Source of the DNA: a virus
Lineage: Duplodnaviria > Caudoviricetes
Virus record (IMG/VR): IMGVR_UViG_3300027887_000015
Span: 1 to 51,497 of that record
Reading direction: 5' to 3' (one strand)
DNA length: 51,497 nt
Both the position numbers and the translations under genes were made by a program. The notes beneath the pieces are model-generated. The model had not been told where the DNA came from, did not search any database, and saw only the letters and a program-made list of their open reading frames with translations. Below are positions 1 through 10,600 of this stretch, in pieces (the first letter of the stretch is position 1; each line of letters begins with the position of its first letter).

Positions 1-189
1 AGCATCTTTGTGAGACTTGGCTTGGAGACTCAGCGTAGTCCCAGCCGGGACAGCCTCGATATGCAACAGACTGGGGGCTGGCATGATGATGGAGTGGTCT
101 TCGTCAGCACCGATCACCTGGGGATCAGCAGCAGTGTCATACGCCAAGTAGACGGGGAAGGTGGGCATGTCGATATTGGTAATAGCCAT
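1..189 (-). CDS. Hypothetical (probably virion-associated) protein, runs off the window edge
   Basis: ATG at 189 preceded by GAGGA; open frame MAITNIDMPTFPVYLAYDTAADPQVIG... to position 1; not in the ORF track, translated by hand. Confidence 0.65.
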   Translation of the reverse strand, partial: MAITNIDMPTFPVYLAYDTAADPQVIGADEDHSIIMPAPSLLHIEAVPAGTTLSLQAKSHKDA

Positions 190-240
190 TTGTCAATTCC
201 TCAACATTTAATCAGAGTTTGGAACTTCCTGTGCAAAGAC

Positions 241-459
241 TCAAACTTTGGGTGGTCTATTAGATGCTTTCTGACGGACATTCTCTACTACCAATCTTTG
301 ATACAAAGATTGTATTGAAACAACAGAAGCTATTTGTTCATTTGTCATAGCTTCTAATGTAGATTGTGCTGCCCGTAGATCAATTAACCGCTGCTCCAAA
401 GAAGAGATCTCTTCTTCAAGAGACTTTTTTGCAAGATCTTTCATAGGACCATTAGACAT
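241..459 (-). CDS. Small coiled-coil hypothetical protein
   Basis: AGGAG before ATG 459; heptad pattern LEEEISSLEQRLIDL. Confidence 0.55.
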   Translation of the reverse strand: MSNGPMKDLAKKSLEEEISSLEQRLIDLRAAQSTLEAMTNEQIASVVSIQSLYQRLVVENVRQKASNRPPKV

Positions 460-470
460 TACTGTAACTC

Positions 471-2312
471 CTATACATAACAAACTTTTGTAAGAGAACC
501 AGCTTTTATTTCAGAGAATCCACCAAACGGATTGTACGATCCATAGCGATATTTACCACATGAACCGGGCCATGCTGGAGCATCCACTGAAGCCCAAGAT
601 ATTTTACCTCTTGGTGATATTACAGCACCCCGAGCAAATGTAAGCAAAGGACCTTGTTGAACATACCAAGTCAAATAGGGTCCATCTACAGGGAAACACA
701 CATCAGGTTCATATTCGGCCCATTCAGTCCCAACTTCAAAAGGAGTAAGAGACAAAGAATAGCCATCACCAAAATACAGATCCGATATGAGATGGGCTTC
801 TACACCAAATACATTGTAGGCATATCTACGAAACATTGGTTTTATGTAACCGTTTGGACCACAGGGAAAGGCGTTTGGGAACCACCCAGGAAGATAGTTG
901 TCATCCCAAAAAATGAATTCCAGCCCCCAATTCCATACGATATTGTCGTCCCCGGTGGAGTTGTACACTAAACTGGAGTACCAATCTTCGTACCCTAAAC
1001 AAGGAGCATTACGAAGTCCACCACCCGAATCGCTACCTCCATATACATAAGTGGTAGGGTACACATCGGTCCCACTAAACGTCCATGTTTCTTCTGTATC
1101 CCATAGATTCTCCCAAAAAGGGGTACTACAAGTACAAGCTCCAGAATAATGATTCCATATCTCTCCGATAAAAGTTAGCTCGGTAGTTCTTCCATTCATG
1201 GTCACAGAAATACCTGATAAAAGCATGTCGTGACCAGATACATCATAACTGTTAGTAGCAACTTCTTCACGATTAAATGTGTAAACGGAGGCAGTCCATT
1301 TGGAAGCTCTAGCTTCTTTTAGGGTTTCATCTGATGGATCGTAATATAAAGCCACTAACAGATTGTCTATCCCGGAAGAACTTTCTCGGTAGTCATAAAA
1401 GGGAACTGGATTTGTTGTATCAATACAAAAGGTATCGGTGCCAGAATTATCATTTGGACAAGAGTAGGGGACTTCTAGAACTCGGTTACCAAGAGTCCCC
1501 CCTGTGTACCAATAATAGGAGGGAAAAACCTGTTGCAGATTACGCAATACCGTAGTAGATAAAATAGGAGGGTTATACGGTTTTCCTTTAGCTGGAGGAA
1601 GACCAGAAGAGACATTAACCCCTACATAGGTTACTGGAAATGGTCCCTCTAGATCGTTATGCCCAAGAAAAGAGGAGTTGGTAAATGCCATCATCAATAT
1701 GGCTTGACTGCCATTTCTCTTTACATCTACTTGGTACAGATTCAATCCACTCTCTGAAACCCAATAAGTATCACCAGGAAAAGCAAAATGGCGACCATCA
1801 TAGGTTTTACGATCAGCCATACCAATATCTGAGAGAACAAGAGTACCACTGTAACTCTTGTATCTAGCATTTGGATCAGCATTGACTATACCAAATTGAA
1901 TTATGGTATAAGGAATTGTTGCTGTATTAGAGTAGAGATTTATAGTTGCATTCGAAAGCTTTAATTGGATAAGCCACCTAATTTTTTGTCCGTCAGCAAA
2001 CACCCAACCATCGATGTTCTCCCCGTAAAGTTGCTGTCTACTTCCAGATAGAACAGCGTACTCCTTGTACCCAGCCGACAGCATCTCTTCACGTTTAATA
2101 GCATCATATTCATTAGGGAGTTTTTGTAGGGATACGCTCCCTGCTCTCCAGCCGTCACCAGACGGTTGTGGATACTCTTTTCCATCCGTTAGCAGTTTCG
2201 ATCCTTTTACGAATCCATGTCTGGTAGTACCAAAGTAGTTAACCTTCTGAAGAACATTAGATGTCTCTTCTTCTTCAGCCGGTATAGTTCCTAATTGCCA
2301 AAAAGGTATCAT
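471..2312 (-). CDS. Putative tail-tip / receptor-binding virion protein (613 aa)
   Basis: Distal end of tail module; rich in Y/W/G/S/T with several Cys; ATGA coupling to the upstream gene. Confidence 0.55.
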   Translation of the reverse strand: MIPFWQLGTIPAEEEETSNVLQKVNYFGTTRHGFVKGSKLLTDGKEYPQPSGDGWRAGSVSLQKLPNEYDAIKREEMLSAGYKEYAVLSGSRQQLYGENIDGWVFADGQKIRWLIQLKLSNATINLYSNTATIPYTIIQFGIVNADPNARYKSYSGTLVLSDIGMADRKTYDGRHFAFPGDTYWVSESGLNLYQVDVKRNGSQAILMMAFTNSSFLGHNDLEGPFPVTYVGVNVSSGLPPAKGKPYNPPILSTTVLRNLQQVFPSYYWYTGGTLGNRVLEVPYSCPNDNSGTDTFCIDTTNPVPFYDYRESSSGIDNLLVALYYDPSDETLKEARASKWTASVYTFNREEVATNSYDVSGHDMLLSGISVTMNGRTTELTFIGEIWNHYSGACTCSTPFWENLWDTEETWTFSGTDVYPTTYVYGGSDSGGGLRNAPCLGYEDWYSSLVYNSTGDDNIVWNWGLEFIFWDDNYLPGWFPNAFPCGPNGYIKPMFRRYAYNVFGVEAHLISDLYFGDGYSLSLTPFEVGTEWAEYEPDVCFPVDGPYLTWYVQQGPLLTFARGAVISPRGKISWASVDAPAWPGSCGKYRYGSYNPFGGFSEIKAGSLTKVCYV

Positions 2313-2647
2313 GTGGGTGCCGGATCAGGTTTGAAGAACATTTCACAAAGCTTACCGCTCTTATCTCTGAACTGAAGCTTCTTAATGGGAGTTACGTCAA
2401 AACTGAAAATTCCATCGGAGGAGTACACAACATTTTTGGTGTAGTACTGCCTAGCACCAGTAGAGGTTTCAGTTAGTGGAAATTGAGCCCCAGCCCCAGC
2501 CCCGGAAGAAGTAGCTGACCAACCCCCCACCCCAGCACTGGGTACAATAGATCCTTTCGGAGCCTTCTTTACTATCCCTTTATTAGTCTTACCTCTTCTC
2601 GGCTTCCACAAAGAAGAAACAAGATCTCGGGGGGTAGACCCAGCCAT
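2309..2647 (-). CDS. Small tail-module protein
   Basis: Coupled to both neighbours; C-terminal SSDGIFSFDVTPIKKLQFRD segment resembles small siphovirus tail-tip genes. Confidence 0.6.
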   Translation of the reverse strand: MAGSTPRDLVSSLWKPRRGKTNKGIVKKAPKGSIVPSAGVGGWSATSSGAGAGAQFPLTETSTGARQYYTKNVVYSSDGIFSFDVTPIKKLQFRDKSGKLCEMFFKPDPAPT

Positions 2648-3051
2648 CAGACAGCAAACTCCTTCGCATTAGAGACCTGTATTGATAGGTCTGTAGAAGA
2701 AGACGACCCAGATAAAGAATTAACAATTCGTACCCACACAGCGCGGGCATTAGCTACTCCTCCAGTAATAGTAAGCCCCAAATTTAGGCTAGCACCAGCA
2801 ACAGCTGAATCTAACCCTCCAGAGGTTAAAGCTAAGTACACCCAACTGTCTTCTGGTCCTGATCCTGGATTGGCATCTACAATGTCAACTGTGATTTGAT
2901 CTACCCCCGGAGAGGTAGCATTCTGGAGTTTCTTAGTGGCATTGGTGCTACCCAAGTAAAACACAGTATTAGTTGTCCCTTCGCCAATACCAACGCTCCC
3001 AGTCACAGGAGTTGTCAGTGAGGCATCAGTGTAAAATGCAAACGTAGCCAT
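2647..3051 (-). CDS. Minor tail protein (134 aa)
   Basis: MATFAFYTDASLT start, beta-rich, GAGG RBS, tail-tip position. Confidence 0.65.
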   Translation of the reverse strand: MATFAFYTDASLTTPVTGSVGIGEGTTNTVFYLGSTNATKKLQNATSPGVDQITVDIVDANPGSGPEDSWVYLALTSGGLDSAVAGASLNLGLTITGGVANARAVWVRIVNSLSGSSSSTDLSIQVSNAKEFAV

Positions 3052-3058
3052 AAGTACC

Positions 3059-6000
3059 TCATGCTGAAAGCGTCAAATCATCTTCAGGGATAGCTACATC
3101 ATAAACTTGTGATGCAGCTATAGTTACAGCTTGGGTGTGGGACTCATCAATAGTGGGACCCCTAATGATAAAGCTATAAGGGTACATCCTTTTTTCTATT
3201 TCAGGATTGAGTACAGGATTGGCACTCCAATTAGGCATCAATTTACTATCGAGGTAATTTGTCAAGAACCCCTCCCACTCCGTCTGAGCAGTCTCATCAT
3301 AGATGGGAGACTCCAATCGCCCTCCAATGTAGGTCCCTAGTGACACATAGGAGTCAAACTCCTCCTCCTCCGTGGGAGTGGGCTTCTCTACCGGGTCAAT
3401 GTCAGTGTCTTCTGCGATACCAGAGCCATTGTGCCGAGAAATAGCCAGGGTTATCTCAGTGGATGCTTCACCAGTCTCCAGGTCCCAAACGGACTTCAAC
3501 GCTTTCACCTTACCGGCTGCAGTAAGATGGGGCGTATCCACTTTAACAGTGTGCCCCAAAGTAACAGAAGGTTGAAATGCCACCTTAAATGACACAGTTG
3601 TTAATCTGTGAGCCCTAAGGATGTCTCCACGAGCCGCAGCGATGATAATTTGCTGTATATCATTGAACTCATCTCGATTCACAGAACCATCAGCGGATTC
3701 TTCGTCTCCATCAACATACGTATCACTGGGATCAGACCCTGGAACTTTTTTTGCCTCTTCTGGTTTTTCACTGCCATAAGGCACTACCGAATTTTCCCAA
3801 TCTGAGTAATCTATCTCATTACTAAGGGAATACTCTTCACTGGTAGCTACAACACCAATGGCTTCGATTGAATCAGGTGCTTTGATAACTATGTCATAGT
3901 TCTCTTCAACATCCTGAACCCATCTAGCCGCAGCCCTCCATCGAGCACCATTACAAAGATGAGAAGCATCAACTACGGCATCATAAGAAAACCCTTCATT
4001 TTCTGTTTGCTCTCCTGTAACAGGATCTACTGAAACTTCTTCGCCATTCACAAACCCACTAATAGTTCTGTAGTTCCATATGATTACATTTGCCCCTATT
4101 GGAGCACCAGGAGCACCGCCCCCAGGAGGAGGGCAATCGTATCCACCGGCTGCCCACACTGGATCATATTCAATCTTTGATATAGCTATCCACGTTCCAC
4201 TTGTAGCTGCAGACTCAACCATCGAGCGTTGACATAGTTGCCAATTCCCAGGCCAGCGCAAAAAAGCACAAGGAATATCAAAGTATTTTGTCTTCCAATT
4301 AAATGTGATTTCTTTGTGCCTCTTCCTAGCATAAGAATAAGCTAAAGCGACGTTAATTTGATTGGTCATTTCAGACCGTTGGGCATACGTAAGAGTTAGA
4401 GTTTCATGGAATCTTTCATTATCTTCAAATGTGAAATCAGGAACTATTACACCGGCTGAGCGTTTAGCCCTGATAGAAGTAACATTGATACGTCTATCCG
4501 CATCATGCCAAAGACAATCTTCCGTTGTAGACAATCTTTCTTGAGCATACGTCCATCCAGATTTATCATCCTCATCTGCCCACACTTCTGCGGAATACAA
4601 ACCACCAACAACAGCAGCAATCTCTTCTTTTGTCATAGCATTAAATTGAGCAGGCATCTGAGTGTCTGCTGATACTTTGATACTTCTTCTATCTGCATCC
4701 CACTCAACATCTGCTACAAAACCACTAAAATACTTACGCTCAAATTGTAAAGTCCCAGATACGTACTGCTGATACCAAAATTCCACTGGTTTTCCTACAT
4801 ACACTAAGGGATCTATGCTGCCTAGTGCAGGGGCAATAACAAAAGTGGCTACCAAAGAAGCATCTTCTTCAAAATCAAACTCCAAAGCCTTAACAACTTT
4901 AGCTGATATGTCTACGCTATCAAGAATAGTCTTTTGTGACCATGTAGCTTCATCCACCAAAGTAAGAGAAAGAGTTTTGTATAGTGAAAAAGGAACCGTC
5001 AGACCTGAAACAGATTCACCACTACCATAGATACTAAAAGGAACAGAATACGTAGGAGATGCTACGTTAATAGTAAAACCAACAGAGGGAGACACAGACT
5101 CCCCTGAGTACAAAACAAAAGGCAAACCATACGTCTCTGGAGTTGAACTACTATCCAATTGAAGATTGATAGTGATAGTTGTCTCTATTGCAGGGGGTAT
5201 GTAGTCGTATACCGCAAGAGGTTCGCTCTCACCAATACGCAAAGTAAAATCCAAATTATTAGGCCCGGAGTCTATCCCAAAATTGGTAGGATATGTGTAT
5301 CTTAACAACCAACCTAGATCACCATATATTGGGGGATACCCATCTAAGGTAAGTTCACTAGGGGTTATCAAGATATGTGGAACAAAAAACGTGTCCCACA
5401 ATACAACTTCAACTCCATAGGCAGGAAATTGTCCGGTGTAATAAGTAGGAGAGTCAAAAGATGCAACAGGATCAGCCCCTTGACTTGGCTCACTAGAGTA
5501 GGGGTTATGGGCTATGAGAACACCATCTATGTAGATTCTTACCCTATTAGCTTCAGTGGCATTATTCGAATCGAACAACACCAAAAGATAATAGTCTGTA
5601 TTATAAGAGATAGGAGAGGCACTTTCAGTTGACACGTAAAACACAGGGGAGTTGTCAACCTCAGCATCCACCCTGATACCTTTCCAGGCACCATTAAAAA
5701 ATCCGATACCAAGGTAATTCTGGTTTGGGACAATGCCAGTCTCTGAAAAGTTGTCAATGAGAAATATGAACGATAGAACTTCTGGGTAAGACAGAGTAGG
5801 AATTCTGAACTTTGTACCGAAGGTAAACGTGGTTAATGAATCCATAGAATAGGTTTTTGTAATGCCAGTTATCTCTGAATCGAAAGTTATGGGTACTGAT
5901 CCACCATTAGTAAAGTGGTTATCGTTACCACTGGAATCATTGGCATTACTATCAGTGAACCCAAGCTTAAAACCATGGGTTCCAAAAGGACCGGAATACG

Positions 6001-6955
6001 TATCTATATCAGCATCATCTACAATATACCCTTCTACAAACATGACATCTGATAACTTGCCATCCCAATTGTCTGTCCAAGTGGGATAACCAGACATATC
6101 ATTGTTTAATCCAGCAATAATTATGTAATCATTGTATGTACCATTGCTGTTGTAAAACGGCTCATTTTGAGTTGGAAAGCCGCTGTAAGTAGCTTGTGTT
6201 CCATTGAAGAACACCTTTAGACGATCAGATTCGGTGGCTTGAGTAGAATCGTATTGAACTAATACTCTGACCCAGTTATCTTCTTCGACACCATACTCAA
6301 GTGTGTAATCATCAAAATCATAAGATCCGTCAGCATAATAATGACCTACCCAAACTTGCCCATATGATCCACCAGTGCCAACATATGAAAATTCCTCTAC
6401 AGAACCGGTAGCACTGGCTGACTCAGCAAAATGGAAAATTAGAGGGTATCCTGAATCGCAATCAGGAAGTACTCGTATTTTGAAGAACAGCGTAAAAGTA
6501 GTAGTGTCTACTCCAGTTACATCCCGAATTAACCATTGAGTCCCGTTACTACAACCAGAACCATCAATATCATCACTGGCGGCATAGTAAATAGTGCTTG
6601 GAGTGCCGGAGGTCTGATAGGGAGTTTCACGATACAAAACAGATTGAGCCTCTCCTGAGTAAGAAATCTGATCCCAATGAATAGCTGGATAACTAGCATT
6701 GGGAGATCCATTCACTGTCCCGCCAAGTTTCAATCCTCCAGAAGCCTCATAATCTCCAATGGGATAAGGATACGTTATATAGGCGGCACCCCCTGCCTCA
6801 ATACCCCCAGAAACGGAATAGGGGTAAAGGTTAAGGCCGGATAAAACAGATCCGCCAGAGCCAACATAATCCCACCCTCTTCCGACGTTACCGGTAAGGG
6901 CTGCGGTTCCAACCTTGGAGCCACCAACTGCGGTGTAGTCACCTACAACAGCCAT
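3059..6955 (-). CDS. Tail tip/hub protein with two N-terminal LamG (concanavalin A-like) domains
   Basis: Two similar beta-rich segments (VQYDSTQATESDRLKVFFNG; VLFDSNNATEANRVRIYIDG); hub-like C-terminal half (FSGFVADVEWD, GHTVKVDT..AAGKVK); follows TMP and Dit-position gene. Confidence 0.65.
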   Translation of the reverse strand: MAVVGDYTAVGGSKVGTAALTGNVGRGWDYVGSGGSVLSGLNLYPYSVSGGIEAGGAAYITYPYPIGDYEASGGLKLGGTVNGSPNASYPAIHWDQISYSGEAQSVLYRETPYQTSGTPSTIYYAASDDIDGSGCSNGTQWLIRDVTGVDTTTFTLFFKIRVLPDCDSGYPLIFHFAESASATGSVEEFSYVGTGGSYGQVWVGHYYADGSYDFDDYTLEYGVEEDNWVRVLVQYDSTQATESDRLKVFFNGTQATYSGFPTQNEPFYNSNGTYNDYIIIAGLNNDMSGYPTWTDNWDGKLSDVMFVEGYIVDDADIDTYSGPFGTHGFKLGFTDSNANDSSGNDNHFTNGGSVPITFDSEITGITKTYSMDSLTTFTFGTKFRIPTLSYPEVLSFIFLIDNFSETGIVPNQNYLGIGFFNGAWKGIRVDAEVDNSPVFYVSTESASPISYNTDYYLLVLFDSNNATEANRVRIYIDGVLIAHNPYSSEPSQGADPVASFDSPTYYTGQFPAYGVEVVLWDTFFVPHILITPSELTLDGYPPIYGDLGWLLRYTYPTNFGIDSGPNNLDFTLRIGESEPLAVYDYIPPAIETTITINLQLDSSSTPETYGLPFVLYSGESVSPSVGFTINVASPTYSVPFSIYGSGESVSGLTVPFSLYKTLSLTLVDEATWSQKTILDSVDISAKVVKALEFDFEEDASLVATFVIAPALGSIDPLVYVGKPVEFWYQQYVSGTLQFERKYFSGFVADVEWDADRRSIKVSADTQMPAQFNAMTKEEIAAVVGGLYSAEVWADEDDKSGWTYAQERLSTTEDCLWHDADRRINVTSIRAKRSAGVIVPDFTFEDNERFHETLTLTYAQRSEMTNQINVALAYSYARKRHKEITFNWKTKYFDIPCAFLRWPGNWQLCQRSMVESAATSGTWIAISKIEYDPVWAAGGYDCPPPGGGAPGAPIGANVIIWNYRTISGFVNGEEVSVDPVTGEQTENEGFSYDAVVDASHLCNGARWRAAARWVQDVEENYDIVIKAPDSIEAIGVVATSEEYSLSNEIDYSDWENSVVPYGSEKPEEAKKVPGSDPSDTYVDGDEESADGSVNRDEFNDIQQIIIAAARGDILRAHRLTTVSFKVAFQPSVTLGHTVKVDTPHLTAAGKVKALKSVWDLETGEASTEITLAISRHNGSGIAEDTDIDPVEKPTPTEEEEFDSYVSLGTYIGGRLESPIYDETAQTEWEGFLTNYLDSKLMPNWSANPVLNPEIEKRMYPYSFIIRGPTIDESHTQAVTIAASQVYDVAIPEDDLTLSA

Positions 6956-7617
6956 TAGACTTCTTCAGCCTCTAGAGACCATGAGTACATAGCATCTGCT
7001 GACACAGATTCTTCTGGGGGATTGCAAATCACTGTGATCTTAGGATAGTAAATAACTTGATACCGAAGAGCCCCAGCTACAGCGGTGAGTGTGAACTTAT
7101 GGTGAGTAGAAGCCAAAGGAGGGTCGGCATCAGCAGAGGTGTATGTGGTGTACTGCCAATCGTTCTGATAAGACATGATTGCCCTAGCATAGGCAATTGC
7201 TCCAACCGGAGATCCATCGCCGTTTAGAGTGCCATCTGTTCTCCTAGCTTTGGGGACATTAATGGTAAGAGCCGTAGTTCCACCAACTGCCCTGGGAGCC
7301 ACACAATACAGGGTATGAGTGGTTGACCAATCAAAAGCAGAGAACCCAACCGGTATAACACCCTGCCCATCTAGCGTAGTTCCAACCTTGCCAGACCATG
7401 CAGTACGAATAATCATTGACCCGTTACCAGTTCTCATAGGGTAACGAGCTGCCAAATCACGATAGGTCTGGCTGATCTCTTGTGAAGACGAAAAGGGAAT
7501 GGTGATAGAGTCAATGATTAGCTCAGGGATGTAACCCATACGACCTCCAGCAGAGGCAATGACATCACCGTCTGCATAAACACCTCCAGAGCCAACCCAC
7601 TCACCTACAACACCCAT
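6955..7617 (-). CDS. Distal tail (Dit-position) protein
   Basis: Directly after the tape measure gene; ISQTY..L...RTGNG motif and C-terminal WSLEAEEV. Confidence 0.6.
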   Translation of the reverse strand: MGVVGEWVGSGGVYADGDVIASAGGRMGYIPELIIDSITIPFSSSQEISQTYRDLAARYPMRTGNGSMIIRTAWSGKVGTTLDGQGVIPVGFSAFDWSTTHTLYCVAPRAVGGTTALTINVPKARRTDGTLNGDGSPVGAIAYARAIMSYQNDWQYTTYTSADADPPLASTHHKFTLTAVAGALRYQVIYYPKITVICNPPEESVSADAMYSWSLEAEEV

Positions 7618-7621
7618 AACA

Positions 7622-10600
7622 TCACTTCCTGCCTCGCTTTAGATTCTCCTTAGCGAGATACCTCTTGAGACTGTCTACTTCCGACTGAGAGCCCCGCAGA
7701 TTTAGCGTTTGATCGGGGAACTGCAGGTACACAGGGGCAAGTGATGTTGATTGCACACTGCCGCCGCCCGCCAAGGCAGGAGCCATCACCATCACATCCG
7801 GAGGGGACAGCATAGAACTGAGCAGAGACGGCAGTTCTTTAACCCGCTCAACCAACCCACCCATGGCAAACCGAGGAAGCTTGCCAAACTCGTTGATGTA
7901 GTGCAGGGCACTCAGCCCATACTCGCGGATAATGTTGCGGACGCTAGTTGCCTTGATCACAAACTCATTAGGCGACAGGAAAGCCAGGAGGTTGTCACTG
8001 GTATCTGTACCAGGACCTTGCATCAATCCACCACTGGCTTTGTAGCGGTCTGGGTTCTGCTTTTTGAACTCAGCTAATATGTCTGCGTAAGACGATAAGG
8101 TAGTGCCACCAGTGGTAACCGCAGTTCCAGTACCGTAGTTGTTAGCACCAGAAGTCGGAGGAAGAACAACCGTCTGAATGGCAACCGTAGGACTAGTTGA
8201 CTGAATTCCATTGACGATTTCTACAACATCCGCTGCGGCACCTGTACCATCCGCTGCCGTGTTAACCGTTAACGGTTCAAGAGTGGTCTCTTGCTTCTTC
8301 AGATAAGCATTAAGCTCACCCTGGCCCTTACCCTCAACCTTCTTACCCGTCTCTTCACTTTGAATGGACCAAACAGGCTGCATGGGAGCCTTGATGGGCT
8401 CTACCTGTTTTTGCGCTTCTTCTGTTGCCTTCTTAACCTGGGTCTTATCTACATCAACCTGCAACTCTGCTCTTGGCTGTACAGCAGCACCAACAAACCC
8501 AGCCTCTTGCTTCTCCCGAGGACCGACGAAGCCGGGGCTAGTCTCATCACCCTCCTCAGAGGTAGAGGCAGTGATCTTTATCTTGATGTCCTTGGGGATG
8601 AGAGACTCGATGTAGTCCTTTGCCTTCTTGAACGACTCTTCATCCACATCCGCAACGAGAGTAGTGGTCAGCTCCTCAAGCTTCTTACTGATCAGCTCAC
8701 TTAGCTGCTTAAGGGCAGCCGTCAGCTCCTCCACCCTTTTCTGTTCAGCCTTCTTAACCGCCTCAGTAGCAGCCAGCTCTTTCCTCAGAATCTCGTCATA
8801 GACCTTGGCAGCTTGCTTGTACTGCTCTTTGTACTTATAGGTGTTAATGAAATCGTTTTCTTGCCTAGCCTTCTTGGCTAGATCAAGAGTCTGATTCAAC
8901 TGCAGACGATACAACTCCTTGGCTCTGGTGAAGTTACCGGCAGCAAGCTCTTCATCCGCTTCTTTCTTGCGATCCTGAATCTCCTGGTAGTCCAGCAGCT
9001 CTTGATAGAACTTGTCCTTACCTTGCGGGTCTCGGTCTATCTCACGAAGGTTTTTACGTACCTCAGTGGCGAAATCCTTGATCTCATTCTCAAGAGATTT
9101 GATCTTCTGAATATACGCCGCGTAGCGGTCCTGAGATGCCTTCAAAGAATCTTTGAGGGCCGTCTCCTTACGCAGAATGTTCTGTATAGAGAGCTTGGTG
9201 GTTTCCTCGTCAAGCTTCTTCAATTGCAGAGCAAGATTTTCTGAGCCTTCTTTAACGCTCTTGTTGTATTGGTCCTGCAAAGCTTCGATGGAATCCAAAG
9301 CCTCCTTCTTGCGCTGGATAAATAGGTCTCTTTCTTTCTGTAGCCTCTTATCTGTAACATCTATAGCTGCCTGACCAGCTATACTGGAAACACCACTAGC
9401 CTCTGCCGACAGAAGCCCTTCTTTACCAACCTTCCGGCTTAGATTAAGAGCGATAGCCTTTTCTGTTGTAGCTATCTCCTCATCAAGCTTTTTGAGCTTC
9501 TCCCGCTGAGCATTTACCTGCTCACCAAACCGATACTCGAAAGAGTACGAAGACTCGATCAGTCTCTTCTTTTCTGCGTGAACAGCTTCAATGCGCTTCT
9601 GCTCTCTATCGTAGACCGTATCGATAGAAGACATCTGCAGATCAGCTTTGGTCTGCTCAAGCTGCAAGATCTTTTCGAAGTTGCCTTCAGCCTGAGCGAT
9701 GGCTAGATTAAGGTCAGCAGTATCTATGTCCAGTCCGAGGGTTATGCCCTCCTGAGCCGACACCAATTCATTCAGCTCTTTGAAGGCATCTACCAGCCGC
9801 AAGGTAGAGCTACGCAGAGCCTCATTCTGCTTCTGGGCTAGGTCTGTCTTGTACCCATTGATCTGTTGAAGAAGGTCGTTAAACCTGTTGAGTATTTCTA
9901 CATCCGTGATGCCAACGGTAAGCCCTCTAATTTTTTCAGACAGAACATCGAGGTCCTTTAGGGACGAGGCTTTCTTGGTGAGGTCATCGAGTGCTTTAAG
10001 AACGGTGTCAAACGGAGCGATATTGCCGAAGTCCTTAAGCTCAGCTTTGGCATTGCGAGTAAGAGTAGTGATGCCGCCGAAGAAGGCGGATATTTCGTTG
10101 CTCACTCCCTCCTGATAAGTGCCAATATCGATCTTCAGCTTCTGCAAAGCGTCAGCTACTTCTTGCTGTGCCTTCAGTCGCTTTGCTTGCACCAATAGCA
10201 GTTGACGATCCGCCTCTATCGCCGCTTTGAAAGCTGCTTCTTGGTCTTCACTGAGCTGGCCTCTTAGAGCCATCTCTCTGATGATGCCTTTTTCCTTCTC
10301 ATTTTGGGTTCGTTGTAGAGTAGCCTGCCGCACGTACTCCTTCTTGACTGCGGCATCCTTTGTCTCCTCAGCAAGAGCCTCAAGACGAGTCTCCTCGATG
10401 AGCCCCTGGCGGAAATTCTCTATCCTATCTGTCTTGGCTTTCTCATCAATGTCATCCAGCTTCTTACGGTACTTATTCCAGGACTTTTCAAATCTGGAGA
10501 AGAACTTTTCGAAAGCCGCATCAAAATCAAAAGAAAGAGAAACCGCTTCTGTAAACAGATCCTTGATGAGACCAGCAACACCGAAGAAGACGTTCTCAAA

